Shown here: piece after piece, positions 28,712-38,564 of the stretch
Layout: the number at the start of each line of letters is the position of its first letter
Numbering within the stretch: the stretch's first letter is position 1
Assembly (NCBI GenBank): GCA_963761335.1
Contig: CAVXGR010000018.1
Coordinates: forward strand, 512,001-576,000
Direction of reading: 5' to 3'
Source: an uncultured delta proteobacterium
GTDB lineage: Bacteria > Desulfobacterota > Binatia > HRBIN30 > BPIQ01
Length of the DNA: 64,000 nucleotides
Notes under the pieces: model-generated
What the model was told of the DNA's origin: nothing
Database searches by the model: none
Seen by the model: only the letters and a program-made list of their open reading frames with translations
Program-made: the position numbers and the translations under genes

Positions 28712-29878
28712 GTGCAGCGGAGCCAGAGCCGCATCTTGACCACCCACGCGGGAAGCCTGCCGCGTCCGCGGGCGCTCGTCGAGATGATGGTTCGCAAGAG
28801 CCGCCGCGAAGCGGTGGACGCTGCCGCCTTCGAGCGCGCCGTGGAGGAGTCGACGCGGCGGGTGGTGGCCCGCCAGCTCGAGGTCGGCATCGACGTCGGC
28901 AACAACGGCGAGCAACCGCGAGAGAGCTTCTTCACCTACGTCCAGCATCGACTGAGCGGCTTCGGCGGCTCCAGCCAGCGGCCGATCATGCGCGACATCG
29001 TGCACTATCCGTCTTTTCTCGAGCTCAAGGCGCCGGAGTTTGCGCGGACCATGGTGAGCCTGATCGCCGCTCCCAAGGCGATCGGCCCGGTGCGCTACGT
29101 CGACCGCTCGCCCATGGAGAAGGAGTGCGCCGACTACCGGCGCATCGTCGGCGAGCAGGCCGGCAGGTTCGCCGAGTCGTTCATGTCGGCGGCCTCGCCC
29201 GGAATCGTGGCGGCGGCCATGCTGAACGAGCACTACCCGAGCTATGCCGAGTACGTCGGCGCCTTGGCGGAGGCGTTGCGCACCGAGTACGAGTACATCG
29301 TGGCGCAGGGATTCGTGCTGCAGCTCGATTGCCCCGACCTGGCGATGGAGAGGCACACCTCGTTCGCCGAGAGGCCTCTGGCGGAGTTCCTCGACTTCGT
29401 CGACGTCAACATCGACGCCATCAACCGCGCCCTGCGAGGCATTCCGCCGGAACGCGTACGCCTGCACGTCTGCTGGGGCAACTACGAGGCGCCGCATGTC
29501 TTCGACGTGCCGCTCGAAGAGATCCTGCCGCGGCTTTATCGAGCCCACGTCGGGGCTCTGGTGCTGTCCATGGCCAACCCGCGGCACGCCCACGAGCATC
29601 GTTGCTTCGGGCGCGATCCGCTGCCGGAATCGATGCTGCTGATCGCCGGGGTCATCGACCCGACGACCAATTACGTCGAGCACCCAGAGGTGGTCGCCGA
29701 TCGCATCGAGCTGGCGGCGCAGGCGATCGGCGATCCGCAGCGGCTTCTCGCCGGCACCGACTGTGGCTTCGATACGGCCGCCGGACTCGGCGAGGTGGCC
29801 GAGGAGGTGGTGTGGGAGAAGTTGCGGGCTCTCCGGCAGGGCGCCGAGATCGCCAGCCGGCGGCTCTTCCGCGGCTGA
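28712..29878 (+). CDS. Cobalamin-independent methionine synthase II family (MetE C-terminal-like)
   Basis: TTHAGSLPRP, LQLDCPDLA, LHVCWGN, GTDCGF. Confidence 0.88.
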   Translation: MQRSQSRILTTHAGSLPRPRALVEMMVRKSRREAVDAAAFERAVEESTRRVVARQLEVGIDVGNNGEQPRESFFTYVQHRLSGFGGSSQRPIMRDIVHYPSFLELKAPEFARTMVSLIAAPKAIGPVRYVDRSPMEKECADYRRIVGEQAGRFAESFMSAASPGIVAAAMLNEHYPSYAEYVGALAEALRTEYEYIVAQGFVLQLDCPDLAMERHTSFAERPLAEFLDFVDVNIDAINRALRGIPPERVRLHVCWGNYEAPHVFDVPLEEILPRLYRAHVGALVLSMANPRHAHEHRCFGRDPLPESMLLIAGVIDPTTNYVEHPEVVADRIELAAQAIGDPQRLLAGTDCGFDTAAGLGEVAEEVVWEKLRALRQGAEIASRRLFRG

Positions 29879-29947
29879 GAGACGGTCTGCCGCGTTTTCC
29901 TGGACTCTTTTCCCGCCGTGTGCCAGCCTGGGCATTCTCCATGAACG

Positions 29948-32900
29948 ATGTCGCTCCGCTGGGACGGCGTCCGCTGCGGACACTCGCACGTCCTCGAGTC
30001 GCCGGGAGACGCCGTGCTTCGGCTCTTGCTGGACGATCTCGGAGCGGGCGACGGATCTCGGATTCGGCTACGTGCTTGCGGCGGTGTCGCCGATAGCGAC
30101 ATGGAGCTGACCTGCAGCAAGGACGGCAAGTCGTTCCGCGTCTGTCTTATGCCCGCTTGCGGAGGATAGGGCATGCCTATCGCCAGACATCGCGCTTCAA
30201 GATCCTCTACCAGGGCAAGCTGCCCGATGCGCAGGGGCTGCAGATCGTCGATCGAATCGTCGGCGGCGTTGACTCGCAACGAGGCGAAGGTTTCCGATGC
30301 GTTTATCGGGATCTCATCGAGAGCAAGCCCCGACAGCGCGCCCTCCGAGCTCTCCACCTGGGGAGAGAAGCTCGAGTTGCGGGTGACCATCGGCTGCAAC
30401 GAGAGCTGCGCCTTCTGCAACTCCGACGGCCGGTGCAGAACCACTGCAAGTCCGAGGCGGCGGTCGTCGATGCCATCGGCCGCGCTCCTTCGATGGGCGT
30501 CAAAGAGATCGTGTTCACCGGCGGCGAGCCGACGCTCATGCCGGGCCTCGCCGAGCTGGGTGCGGCAGGCGCGACGCAGCGGACTGAGGGTTTGGCTGCA
30601 GACGAACGCCACGGTCGTTCGACCCGGAGAGCTACTGGGAGCAGTTTCGCGAGCCCTCGGGAGAGCTGCTGCTCCCGAACCAGATCGTGGTTTCGATGCA
30701 CACCCGCTTCCCGGAGCGGGTCGAGAAGATCACCGGCCTGGGCGGCACCTTCGAGAGAAAGGTGGCGGTGATCCGCTCCGCTCTGGCGCTCGGCATCGAC
30801 TGTCGGCTGAGCCACGTGATCTCGATCCTCAACATGGACGAGACCCCGGAGTTCCCCGGATGGGTGGCGGAGACCTTCGGCAATCGGGTGGCCATCGTCT
30901 TCTCCTTCGTGGCGCCGACCGGCCATGGCAGTGCCCATCCCGACCTCATGCCGCGCGTTCACGACGATGGCGCCGCGTCTGGCCAAGGCGCTCGATGCGG
31001 CGCGTTCCCTGCGGTTGCGCGCCATGTTGACCGATGTCTGCGGCATACCCGGTATGCGCTCTTCCCTCGCATCGCGAGTTTTTCTCCAGCGCCGTCGGGC
31101 CGTCGAATCTGCCGACCATGGGACGGGAGCGCGTCAAGTTCGACTTCTGCGCGAGTGCATCTTCGACAGCCGATGCACCGGCTTCTGGCGGAAATACGTC
31201 GAGCTGTACGGCACCGGGGAGTTCGCCCCTGTCAGAGAGAGGGGCCGCTCCGGCAGGGCGGCGCCCTCCGCCGCGCCGGCGGGGCTGGCGGCGCCGGACT
31301 GCTGTCGCATATCGGGGTGCGGCAGTGCCGTCGCTTCGATCGATGCGCGGAAAGGCGCCGGTGCACACGATCACGCGGTCTTCGTGTTGAATCGGCAGAT
31401 CGGCATGCCGACCAGCTGGCCGACGAAATCGGTCGAGGCGGATGCCGACGCCGAGCTGTACCTGCTCGAGTACAACTACCTCGATTCCGCGAAGACCGCT
31501 TCCTGCCTCTCGGCGCTGGCGGAGCTTCGAGCCGCGCGCCAGCCTCGACTTCTCGAGAAAGACGCTGCTGCTCGCCGATCAAGGGCCTGCACCCGGCGGG
31601 CGCCGCCCTGATCGAGCTGGCGCACCAGTTCCGCAGTCACCACGTCTTCTTCGAGCTGTGGAACGGGCTCCGCGAGGTGGCCGAGATCGGCGAGGCAGAG
31701 ATCGAGAACCTCTATCTAATGCCGGTGACCAGCCACCTGCGGCTGCCGAGCACGCCGGCGTTGCCCTCGCCTCCGAACCGGCGCGTCTTCGTGTCCCTCG
31801 GCGGCGATGATGATCTCGACCTCATCCGGCGAGTGATCGCCCTGTGCCCGCATCTGCACTTCTGCGTTCCCGACATCTGCTGGAGGAAGTCGGGCTCGGA
31901 GAAACGCATCTCCGATGTGGAAATTGCGGGTGCGAATGTCACCCTGGTCGACTGCTCGGCGTTGAGGCGGCGCATGGTTCTACCGAGTGCCCTATCGTCC
32001 CCGGCGCAACGAGGAGCTCACCTTCTCGAAGCAATATCGGGCCGCCTACGCCTCGTGCGACACCGTGCTCATCGCCAACCGGGCGGACAAAATGTACCAG
32101 ATGCGCGGCGGCGTGCGTATCGCCGACGCGCTCCAGGCGCGCAAGCATATCGTGACCACGGAGAATCCCCTGACGCAGCTGCTGATGGCGCAGCACGGGA
32201 AGACCTGTCTGGTTGCCGAGCACGATGCGCAAGGCTGTGGCCGGGTGCCTCACGCGTATTTCCGAGGGAGGCTTCCACCCCGACGAGTCGCTCTACGAGG
32301 AGGTTCGGCGGCTGACGGTAGAGACCAACAAGCTCTTCTGGATGATCCATGCGGCGGAGGATCCGCAAGTCCATCCGTCCGTCTTCGTGCGTTCCGGGCG
32401 GCTCTTGCAGACGGCGCGCGGGTCCCTCTTCCCCCGCGGTAAGGCGCTCCTCGACGGTGAGCTTCACACGGTCTGGCACGAGAAGCGGCAAGGCGCGGGC
32501 GCGCGCCGCGACGGGTCTGTGGCGAGCGTATCTCCGGCCGCCGATGCAGCGGCTGGAAATGCGCCGGGCGCCATCTGCTACGATCCCGAGCCGACGGAAT
32601 GTGCAGAGATTCAGGCGCCGCATCCGCATGTCGTCTTCGTCCTGAACAAGGCCATTGGCATGCCGGTCAGCTGCCCGACCGAATCGGTCGAGGCGGGTGC
32701 GGACGCCGAGCTGTACCTGCTCGATTACAATTACCTGGACTCGCGGAAGACCTCCGCATGCCTGGAGGCGTTGGCGCAGCTAGCCGCCGCGCAGCACCTC
32801 GACTTTTCGAGGAAGACGCTGCTGCTCTCCATCAAGGGATTGCATCCGGGCGGCGCCCAGCTGATCGAGCTGGCGCGGCAGTTTCGCACCCACCACGTCT

Positions 32901-33761
32901 TCTTCGAGCTGTGGAACGGGCTGCGCGAGGTGGCGGAGATCTGTGAGGCCGGTATCGACAATCTCTATTTTCTGCCGGTGAGCAGCCGAGTTCGGCAGCA
33001 CAGCTCTGCGCCGCTGCCGGCGCCACCGAACGGCCGCGTCTTCGTGTCCCTCGGCGGCGACGACGATCTCGACCTCATTCGCCAGGTGATCGCCCTCTGC
33101 CCGCAACTGCACTTCTGCGTCCCCGACATCTCCTGGACCAAGTCGGGCTCGGAGAAGGCCGTCTTCGACGTCGACATGCAGGCGGCCAACGTCACCCCCG
33201 TGGACTGCTCGACCATCGAGCCGCACGGGACCTATAGCATCGCTCTGCGCCCGCGGCGCAACGAGGATCTCACACTGTCGGAGCGATATCTCGCCGCCTA
33301 CGCGTCCTGCGACGTGGTGCTCATCGCCACCCGGGCCGACAAGATGTTCCACATGCGCGGCGGCGTTCGGATGGCGGATGCTCTCTACACGCGCAAGCAC
33401 ATCGTAGTTACGGAGAGCCCCTTGCTCCAGCTTATGATGGCGCAGCATGAGAAGACCTGTCTGGTTGCCGAGCACGATGCGCAGGCTGTCGCCGGGTACC
33501 TCACGCGCATCTGCGAGGGAGGCTTCCACGCCGACGAGTCGCCTCTACGAGGAGGTGCGGCGGCTGACGGTAGAGACCAACAAGCTCTTCTGGATGATCC
33601 ACGCGGCGCAGGATCCGCGCGCCTGCCGGGCGGTGTTCGCGCGGTCCGGTAGCTTCCTGCAGACGGCGAGGGAATCGCTCTTCTCGCGCGGCCGGGCACT
33701 GCTCGAGGGAGAGCTTCAGGCCGTCGGGCGGGAGAAGCAGGCACGAGCGCGCCGGCGATAG
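29948..33761 (+). pseudogene. Multiply frameshifted gene(s): small N-terminal domain + radical SAM (HxsC-like) + two tandem GT-B-like domains; may be an intact gene with sequence errors
   Basis: Coherent protein across frames: CNESCAFC, FTGGEPTL, LQTNA, SFVAP, C..CIFDSRCTG; then two roughly 1.25-kb paralogous segments ending at TAG 33761. Confidence 0.7.
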
Positions 33762-33794
33762 TCGAAGAGCTTCATCGTCACCGTCCGAGGATGG

Positions 33795-34850
33795 TCAGGA
33801 AGGGGAGCCGTGGTTGTCGATCTGCTTCAGCACGAGGTGTTCCATGACCGGTACCAGGGCACGATGGCCGGCGGCGTTGAAGTGGCAGCACGGATCGAGC
33901 CGCAGCTCGCGGTAGTCCTGGTCGACGAGCTCACGCTGCAGCGGATACACGGGAATGCCGTGGGCCTGCGCGAAGCCGACGATCGCCGTCTGCCAGTCGG
34001 GTAGCGTCGCGGCGGTCTCGGCAAACGGACGGTCGAGAGGCGGGGCGGGGTAGAGCACCAGCTTGGCGCCCGCGGAACGTGCCAGCTCCGGCACCTCCGG
34101 AAGATCCGTCTGGACGAATTCGGCTGACCCCTTGGCCCATCCAGGTGCGCGGGTGCCGAAGCCGAGTGTCAGGTACTCGTAGAGGCGTGAGTGGAGGAAG
34201 AGAAAACGGTTCAGCGAGTCGGGCACGGCGGCAAAGCCGACGAAGCCGTCGGGACGCACCGCCAGATCGCGGGTGCCATACGCCGCATCGCCGATCATCC
34301 GGTACCCCTGCCACTCTATCCAGTCCTCCCACATGATCAGTGCCGGCCGGTAGCGCGCTACCTCGACGCGTGCCACCGCGTACTTCTGCTGGAAGGCGAA
34401 GCCGGGCTGCGCGAAGTTGAGCACGCAGAAGCCGGGTGAGGGCCGCAGGGCATTGAGGCGGTCCTGCAGGGCGACGGTGAAGACTTGCCGTGCCTCCAGG
34501 CTGACGCCGTAGGTAATCGAGCTGCCGAAGAAGAGAATACGGATGCGTTCCGGATGCTGCTCGACGCAGCCGCGATTGTTCCTGTCGGTTGATTGCTCCC
34601 AGATCGGCACACCGTCCTGCAGATGGACACCGTAGCCACGGACGATCTGCATGGCAGGTTTCCAATAGCCGATTCGAATCCAGGTCTCGGCGATGGCAAA
34701 GCCGGCGAGCAGACCGAGGAGGATCAGTGCGAGCCCGAGCCCCCGCAGGTGGAGCCCGACGTGGGATACGGCTCTTCGGAGACTGGACGCGGATGAAGAG
34801 TGCTCGCTGGTCACGACGCGTGTCTGGTGAGATTGGGTTTCCAGTAGCAC
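33795..34850 (-). CDS. SGNH/GDSL hydrolase-like membrane-anchored protein
   Basis: TM then FFGSSITYG, NFAQPG, DPCCHFNAAGH; start uncertain. Confidence 0.75.
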   Translation of the reverse strand: MLLETQSHQTRVVTSEHSSSASSLRRAVSHVGLHLRGLGLALILLGLLAGFAIAETWIRIGYWKPAMQIVRGYGVHLQDGVPIWEQSTDRNNRGCVEQHPERIRILFFGSSITYGVSLEARQVFTVALQDRLNALRPSPGFCVLNFAQPGFAFQQKYAVARVEVARYRPALIMWEDWIEWQGYRMIGDAAYGTRDLAVRPDGFVGFAAVPDSLNRFLFLHSRLYEYLTLGFGTRAPGWAKGSAEFVQTDLPEVPELARSAGAKLVLYPAPPLDRPFAETAATLPDWQTAIVGFAQAHGIPVYPLQRELVDQDYRELRLDPCCHFNAAGHRALVPVMEHLVLKQIDNHGSPS

Positions 34851-35003
34851 CCTGCAGCCGGTCTGATCAACGCCCGGGGTCGAGACCTTTATTGAGGAGG
34901 TTGGGTGTGGTCGTCTTCCCCCCTGAGTACTGTCCTATTTTGGGGAATGCACCCCATTGACAACCACTGCCCGTCGATTTTCACGCCGCTGCGGGCGCGG
35001 GTT

Positions 35004-35097
35004 CCCTCTCCCGCATTGTTTCGCGGGAGAGGGACAGGGTGAGGGAAGAAGCCCCTCACCCTGACCCTCTCCCCGCCAAAAGAATGCGGGGAGAGGA
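35004..35097. repeat. CCCTCTCCC..GGGAGAGGG palindromic repeat pair
   Basis: Two inverted units; same family at 44250-44384. Confidence 0.75.
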
Positions 35098-35193
35098 GAC
35101 CCTTGCGCGAAGCGGGCGGGAGACAATTGCAGAGTCGGACCGCCCCAAACTAGGACACGCCCCCCCTGCTTCTCCCTGGACATACTCGGAGGC

Positions 35194-35733
35194 GTGTGGC
35201 AGCTTCGTTCAGTGCTCCGGTTCAACGTCGATAGGGCGTCTGGCGTCACAGGGCACGGGCGTGGCAGCTGCGGTTTTTCACTGGGCGACGCTCTGCGCGT
35301 TGGCCTTCTGTGCGTACTCCTGATCGCCCCGGCGCTGGCGGCTGACAACGATCCGGTCGCCAATCCGGTAATTGCACCAGGACAGGAAGGGCTGCTGCTG
35401 GCGATGCTCGGGCAGGGAGCTTTGCTGCCGGGTGGATGCCGGCTCGCCGCCGGAGGAGTGGATCACTCGGTCGTCGACGCTTCTTATTTCTGCCCCTGGG
35501 GCGAGGTCGTTTTCGAGCTCGCGCATCCGGATGGCGCGGCGCCCGCGGTCATGCAGACAGAGTCCTTTGCGATCAGCCTGCAGAGCGGATCCGCGCCGGA
35601 GGCTCTGGTGGAAGCCGTGGCTGCCCTCGTTCACTCTCGAGAGTCGGAGTTCGTGTGGACATGGCCGGCGGGAGATGAGGCGGGCGATCTCGGGGATGAG
35701 GACGCGCCCCCGCCAGGCGATCCTCGGTGGTGA
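35194..35733 (+). CDS. Exported hypothetical protein, paralog 1
   Basis: Hydrophobic signal-like segment, PVIAPGQEGLLLAMLG..LPGGC.L; clearly similar to next ORF. Confidence 0.7.
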   Translation: MWQLRSVLRFNVDRASGVTGHGRGSCGFSLGDALRVGLLCVLLIAPALAADNDPVANPVIAPGQEGLLLAMLGQGALLPGGCRLAAGGVDHSVVDASYFCPWGEVVFELAHPDGAAPAVMQTESFAISLQSGSAPEALVEAVAALVHSRESEFVWTWPAGDEAGDLGDEDAPPPGDPRW

Positions 35734-36389
35734 GCTCCCCAGTCGGGGCCCCCAGCGCATCGGGCGGCTCCGCGTTGCGTCGCGGCGCGACCGCCGGCGC
35801 AGGCAGTATCCTCGCCGCGATCGGTAGCACTTGGCTGCGCGCCATGGCATTCGCTACCGCCTGCGCCTTTGTTCTGACGCCGGCGCGGGCAGCGGAGACG
35901 CCGACTCCGAGCCCGGAGATCTCGGTCTCCCCGGCGTCGGAGCAGGCGACCAAAGGCGCCAGAGCGCCCACCATGATACCCGACCAGCCGGTGATCCCCC
36001 CGGGGCAGGAGGATCTGCTGCTGGCCATGCTCGGCAGGGACGCGACTCTGCCCGGCGGCTGCAAGCTCACCGGCGGCCAGGTGGCGTACGCGGTGGTGCG
36101 CGCCACCTACGGGTGCCCGGGCGGCGAGGTGGTCCTGGAACTCGTGCACCCGAGCAAGGCTCCCCCCGAGGCGACTCGGACGGCGCGCTTCGCCATCACC
36201 CTGCAGAGCGGGTCGCCCCCGGCCGGTTTGACGGATGCGGTGGCGGACCTGGTGCGCTCGCGAGAGGCAGCCTTCCGTTGGAACGAGCCGCCATCATCCC
36301 GGTGGAGCACCTCGTCGATCGCCATGATGGTTGTCGCCGTTCTCGGACTTGCTGCCGTCGGCTGGGCGCTGCGGCGCCGCCGCTCGTGA
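35727..36389 (+). CDS. Exported hypothetical protein, paralog 2, with C-terminal TM and Arg cluster
   Basis: PVIPPGQEDLLLAMLG..LPGGCKL; ends VVAVLGLAAVGWALRRRRS; start uncertain. Confidence 0.7.
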   Translation: MVSSPVGAPSASGGSALRRGATAGAGSILAAIGSTWLRAMAFATACAFVLTPARAAETPTPSPEISVSPASEQATKGARAPTMIPDQPVIPPGQEDLLLAMLGRDATLPGGCKLTGGQVAYAVVRATYGCPGGEVVLELVHPSKAPPEATRTARFAITLQSGSPPAGLTDAVADLVRSREAAFRWNEPPSSRWSTSSIAMMVVAVLGLAAVGWALRRRRS

Positions 36390-38092
36390 GGCCACGTTCG
36401 AACACGCTTCTCGTCTGGACCGGGGCGCCGTGCAGCTATGGCTGCGGCGCCTGTCCGATCGACACCGCCGCTTCCACCGCCGGCTTCGAGCCGGCCGATC
36501 TGCAGCGCGCCCTCGCCAGTACCGCAGTGGGTGCGCAGCGGCTGGCGGTTCTGGTCGGCGGGGAGCCGTTCCTGCGGCGGGACGTCTTCGGCCTCCTCGC
36601 CGGCGTGCGCGCCGCCGGCTGGACACCGGGAATGATCACCACGGGCCGGGCGCTGTTGTACCCACAGGTACGCCAGCGGCTGCGGCGCGCCGGCCTCGCC
36701 TACCTGCGCCTGCAGCTCTTCGGCATTGCTGCGGCCCACGATCGCGCCGTCGGTGTCGCCGGCGCCTACGAGCAGGCGCTCGCGGCGGTGCGGGCGTGGC
36801 TGGAGGAGGCCGGTGCCGAGTGCGACGTGGACGTGGCGCTGTCGATGCGCGGCCGCGCCATCGAGGCGGCAGCCGCCGAGGTCGACATCCTGTCGCGACA
36901 GATCTCCTCATCGGAGGTACAGATCGTGGTCGCCGTCGATGGCGGCGCCGCGCCGCAGGATCTCGATTCCATGCGCCGTGCGCTCGCCGTCCTGGCGGGC
37001 TGGAACGAGGACCCGAGGCGACCGCTGCTCTCCTGGGAAGGACTTCCGGAAAGCGTCTCTTCCGCCTGTGGCCTGGCGGTCTCGCCTCTGCGGCCGGGGT
37101 TCTTGGCCCGGGCGCCGCAGGCCTGTTGCATCGGTGCGGTGCCGGCGATTGCGGAAGCTGCCGCCGCCCGCCCGCCGGAGCCGCGGGCGAACTCCTTCAA
37201 CTTCATCCGCACCGCGACCTCGGTTCCGTGGACTGCCGACCCCGCTGCGTGCACCGCCCACGCCGCCGCCGCCGGCGACACCGGCCGGCAGCTCTGGCTC
37301 GTCGAGGATGGGCTTCTTCATCTGTACGTCACCGACACCGGCGACTTCGAAATTGCCGAGATCGGTCGCGTCAAGGACGAGTGGAGCCATCTCTTCGTCG
37401 ACTGTGCTGAGCCCGGAGTTCTCGACGACTTTGTCGGAGGGATGCGCCGAGTGCGTCCCGAGGCGACCTGCGAGGCGTGTGCGAACCGCGAGCGCTGCGG
37501 GCGCCGCTTCGCCGTCGTCGAGGGCCCGCCGTTTGCGCGCGAGGAGGCGTGGATCGCGGCGCACGTCGCCGGCGTGCGGGGGCGAGTGCTGGACGTCGGC
37601 TGCGGCGAGCAGCTCTACCGCGAGCAGCTGGCGCCGCTGCTGCGCTCCGGAGCCGTCGACTACCACGGTCTCGACCCCGACGAGCCCAGCCTCGCCGCGG
37701 CGCGCGCGGCGCTTCCCGAAGGCCACTACTATCTGGGTGGCATCGAGGAGTTCCGCGGCGGCTCGGAGCGTTTCGATCACATTCTCTGCCTGCGCTCGCT
37801 CAATCACGTCCTCGATCTCGACGAGGCGCTGGCGCGCATGGCCGAGATGCTCGGGCCCGGTGGCACGCTGCTTCTGGTGGAGACCACGCCGTTCGCCATG
37901 CTGCGCCGCGCCGAGCAGGTGACCGCCGCGGACCGCGCCCCGCGCGCCGGGCATCAGCACTTTCGCAACCTCACCAGCGCCGAGGTCCTGCCGCTGGCGA
38001 GGCGCCGGCGTCTGGAGATCCTCCACCACCATCCGGTCGGTCGGGAAGCCACGAATGAATGGATTCTGCTGCTCGCCAAGCCCCGGCGTTGA
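36386..38092 (+). CDS. Radical SAM / class I methyltransferase fusion
   Basis: CSYGCGAC, VGGEPF, CEACANRERC, VLDVGCG, SLNHV; GTG overlaps the upstream TGA. Confidence 0.8.
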   Translation: MRPRSNTLLVWTGAPCSYGCGACPIDTAASTAGFEPADLQRALASTAVGAQRLAVLVGGEPFLRRDVFGLLAGVRAAGWTPGMITTGRALLYPQVRQRLRRAGLAYLRLQLFGIAAAHDRAVGVAGAYEQALAAVRAWLEEAGAECDVDVALSMRGRAIEAAAAEVDILSRQISSSEVQIVVAVDGGAAPQDLDSMRRALAVLAGWNEDPRRPLLSWEGLPESVSSACGLAVSPLRPGFLARAPQACCIGAVPAIAEAAAARPPEPRANSFNFIRTATSVPWTADPAACTAHAAAAGDTGRQLWLVEDGLLHLYVTDTGDFEIAEIGRVKDEWSHLFVDCAEPGVLDDFVGGMRRVRPEATCEACANRERCGRRFAVVEGPPFAREEAWIAAHVAGVRGRVLDVGCGEQLYREQLAPLLRSGAVDYHGLDPDEPSLAAARAALPEGHYYLGGIEEFRGGSERFDHILCLRSLNHVLDLDEALARMAEMLGPGGTLLLVETTPFAMLRRAEQVTAADRAPRAGHQHFRNLTSAEVLPLARRRRLEILHHHPVGREATNEWILLLAKPRR

Positions 38093-38093
38093 A

Positions 38094-38212
38094 GGGGCCG
38101 TCTCAAGACTGAAGTAGAAGCGCCGTCCCGGCGCTTCCCGAAGCGGCGAGACGCCGCTTCTACTTGGCCCGCGAGCTGGCGGAAGTCGTCTTGCAAGGGT
38201 TGAGACAGCCTC
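38094..38212. mobile_element. MITE-like element enclosing a GTAG-REP doublet
   Basis: Ends GGGGCCGTCTCAA / TTGAGACAGCCTC, internal GTAGAAGCGCCGTCCCGGCGCTT..AAGCGGCGAGACGCCGCTTCTAC. Confidence 0.55.
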
Positions 38213-38267
38213 CTCGAAGGGGTCCCGGCTTGACGGCGAGATTCCCGGGCTCCATGGTGATCCGAGC

Positions 38268-38549
38268 ATGGCGCTTGTCGACCCCACTGCCTTCGATGGC
38301 AAGCCGGTCACTCTCGTCTACATCGCCGGCCGCCTGAGCGAGGCGAAGCATGTCGAGGAGGTCCTCTCCGCGAACGGCGTCGACTACGCCGTCGACATCG
38401 AGCCGTTCCAGAGCCGTCTGCTCGGCATTCTCCCGGTGGAGTACGAGGGAGTCGGCTTCTACGTGCTTCCGCCCCAGGCCGAGCTCTGCCGTCGCGTCCT
38501 GCGCGAAGCGAAGCTGCTGCAGGGGTTGGTGGAGGAGGATCTCCAATAG
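38268..38549 (+). CDS. Small hypothetical protein (DUF2007-like)
   Basis: EAKHVEEVLSANGVDY..FYV pattern; normal codon usage. Confidence 0.6.
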   Translation: MALVDPTAFDGKPVTLVYIAGRLSEAKHVEEVLSANGVDYAVDIEPFQSRLLGILPVEYEGVGFYVLPPQAELCRRVLREAKLLQGLVEEDLQ

Positions 38550-38564
38550 CACCGAGACTATTCG

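Noticed and set aside
30160..32260. Programmed ribosomal frameshifting
   Set aside because: Too many shifts and no slippery heptamers; sequence error or decay is simpler.
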